From Balanoglossus misakiensis (taxonomy: Eukaryota > Animalia > Hemichordata): DNA of 64,000 nt. Under the pieces are notes generated by a model. The model saw only the letters and a list, made by a program, of their open reading frames with translations. It was not told where the DNA came from and did no database searches. The stretch is taken from the NCBI GenBank assembly GCA_040954595.2, contig CM082589.2, positions 11,668,894-11,732,893 of the forward strand, given 5' to 3'. Shown piece after piece: positions 63,711 through 64,000 of this stretch (position 1 is its first letter; each line of letters opens with the position of its first letter). The position numbers and the translations under genes are program-made.

Positions 63711-64000
63711 GTTCTCGTGAAGAATTTACTGCGCATGCGCGAGACTCGCGTTTTCTGTGTAATCTGTGTACTCCTGCCCTGGACGCCGCCATAATCGCTT
63801 GCCGCAACGTTTTATTATATGTCTTGCTCGTAGTTACGCGTGCGATTTTTGTCGCTGGTCAGATATATGTGTTTATGTACGCTTCAATAAGTATATCTAC
63901 ATGAGCAATCTTTCATTTGAATGTAAAATAATGAAAATAATGCCCACAGTTACAGCTTAAGTGCCTTTAAGCTATGACGCTATGTCCACGTCAGCTGTGC

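Larger units (their letters stand above)
54777..63966. mobile_element. Full-length Kolobok DNA transposon (9190 bp)
   Basis: TTAA is duplicated at 54773-54776 and 63967-63970 (empty site CTATAGTTAAGCTATG in sister HINE bodies). The imperfect 18-bp TIRs are AGGCGCCTAAGCTGCAAC and AGGCACTTAAGCTGTAAC. Transposase and KolX genes are convergent. Confidence 0.92.

Noticed and set aside
54777-63966. piggyBac assignment because of the TTAA TSD
   Set aside because: The termini are AGG..CCT rather than CCC..GGG, and the transposase motifs and KolX partner fit Kolobok.

Overview
Eukaryotic (metazoan, probably marine invertebrate) heterochromatin-like window with no ordinary host gene. Positions 1-45231 are a tandem macrosatellite of about 15 units of ~2.05 kb. 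Each unit has three parts: a ~260-bp unique segment, a variable array of 81-bp monomers alternating A/B as 162-bp dimers, and ~2.7 diverged ~335-bp AT-rich subrepeats. Four insertions punctuate the array: a BEL/Pao LTR retrotransposon lacking its 3' LTR, a Zator-like TIR element carrying a nested P-like MITE, a solo LTR, and a CR1-group LINE carrying a nested Helentron-type element (HINE). From 45232 on there is a nested pile of elements: a putative DNA-transposon end with ~376-bp repeats, a Tx1/L1 relic, a stack of HINE heads followed by tandem HINE bodies, and a complete 9.2-kb Kolobok transposon (TTAA TSD). The Kolobok carries a 14-exon DDE transposase converging on a spliced KolX gene related to the P2X7 cytoplasmic ballast domain. 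All family assignments come from reading motifs and termini by eye, not from database searches.
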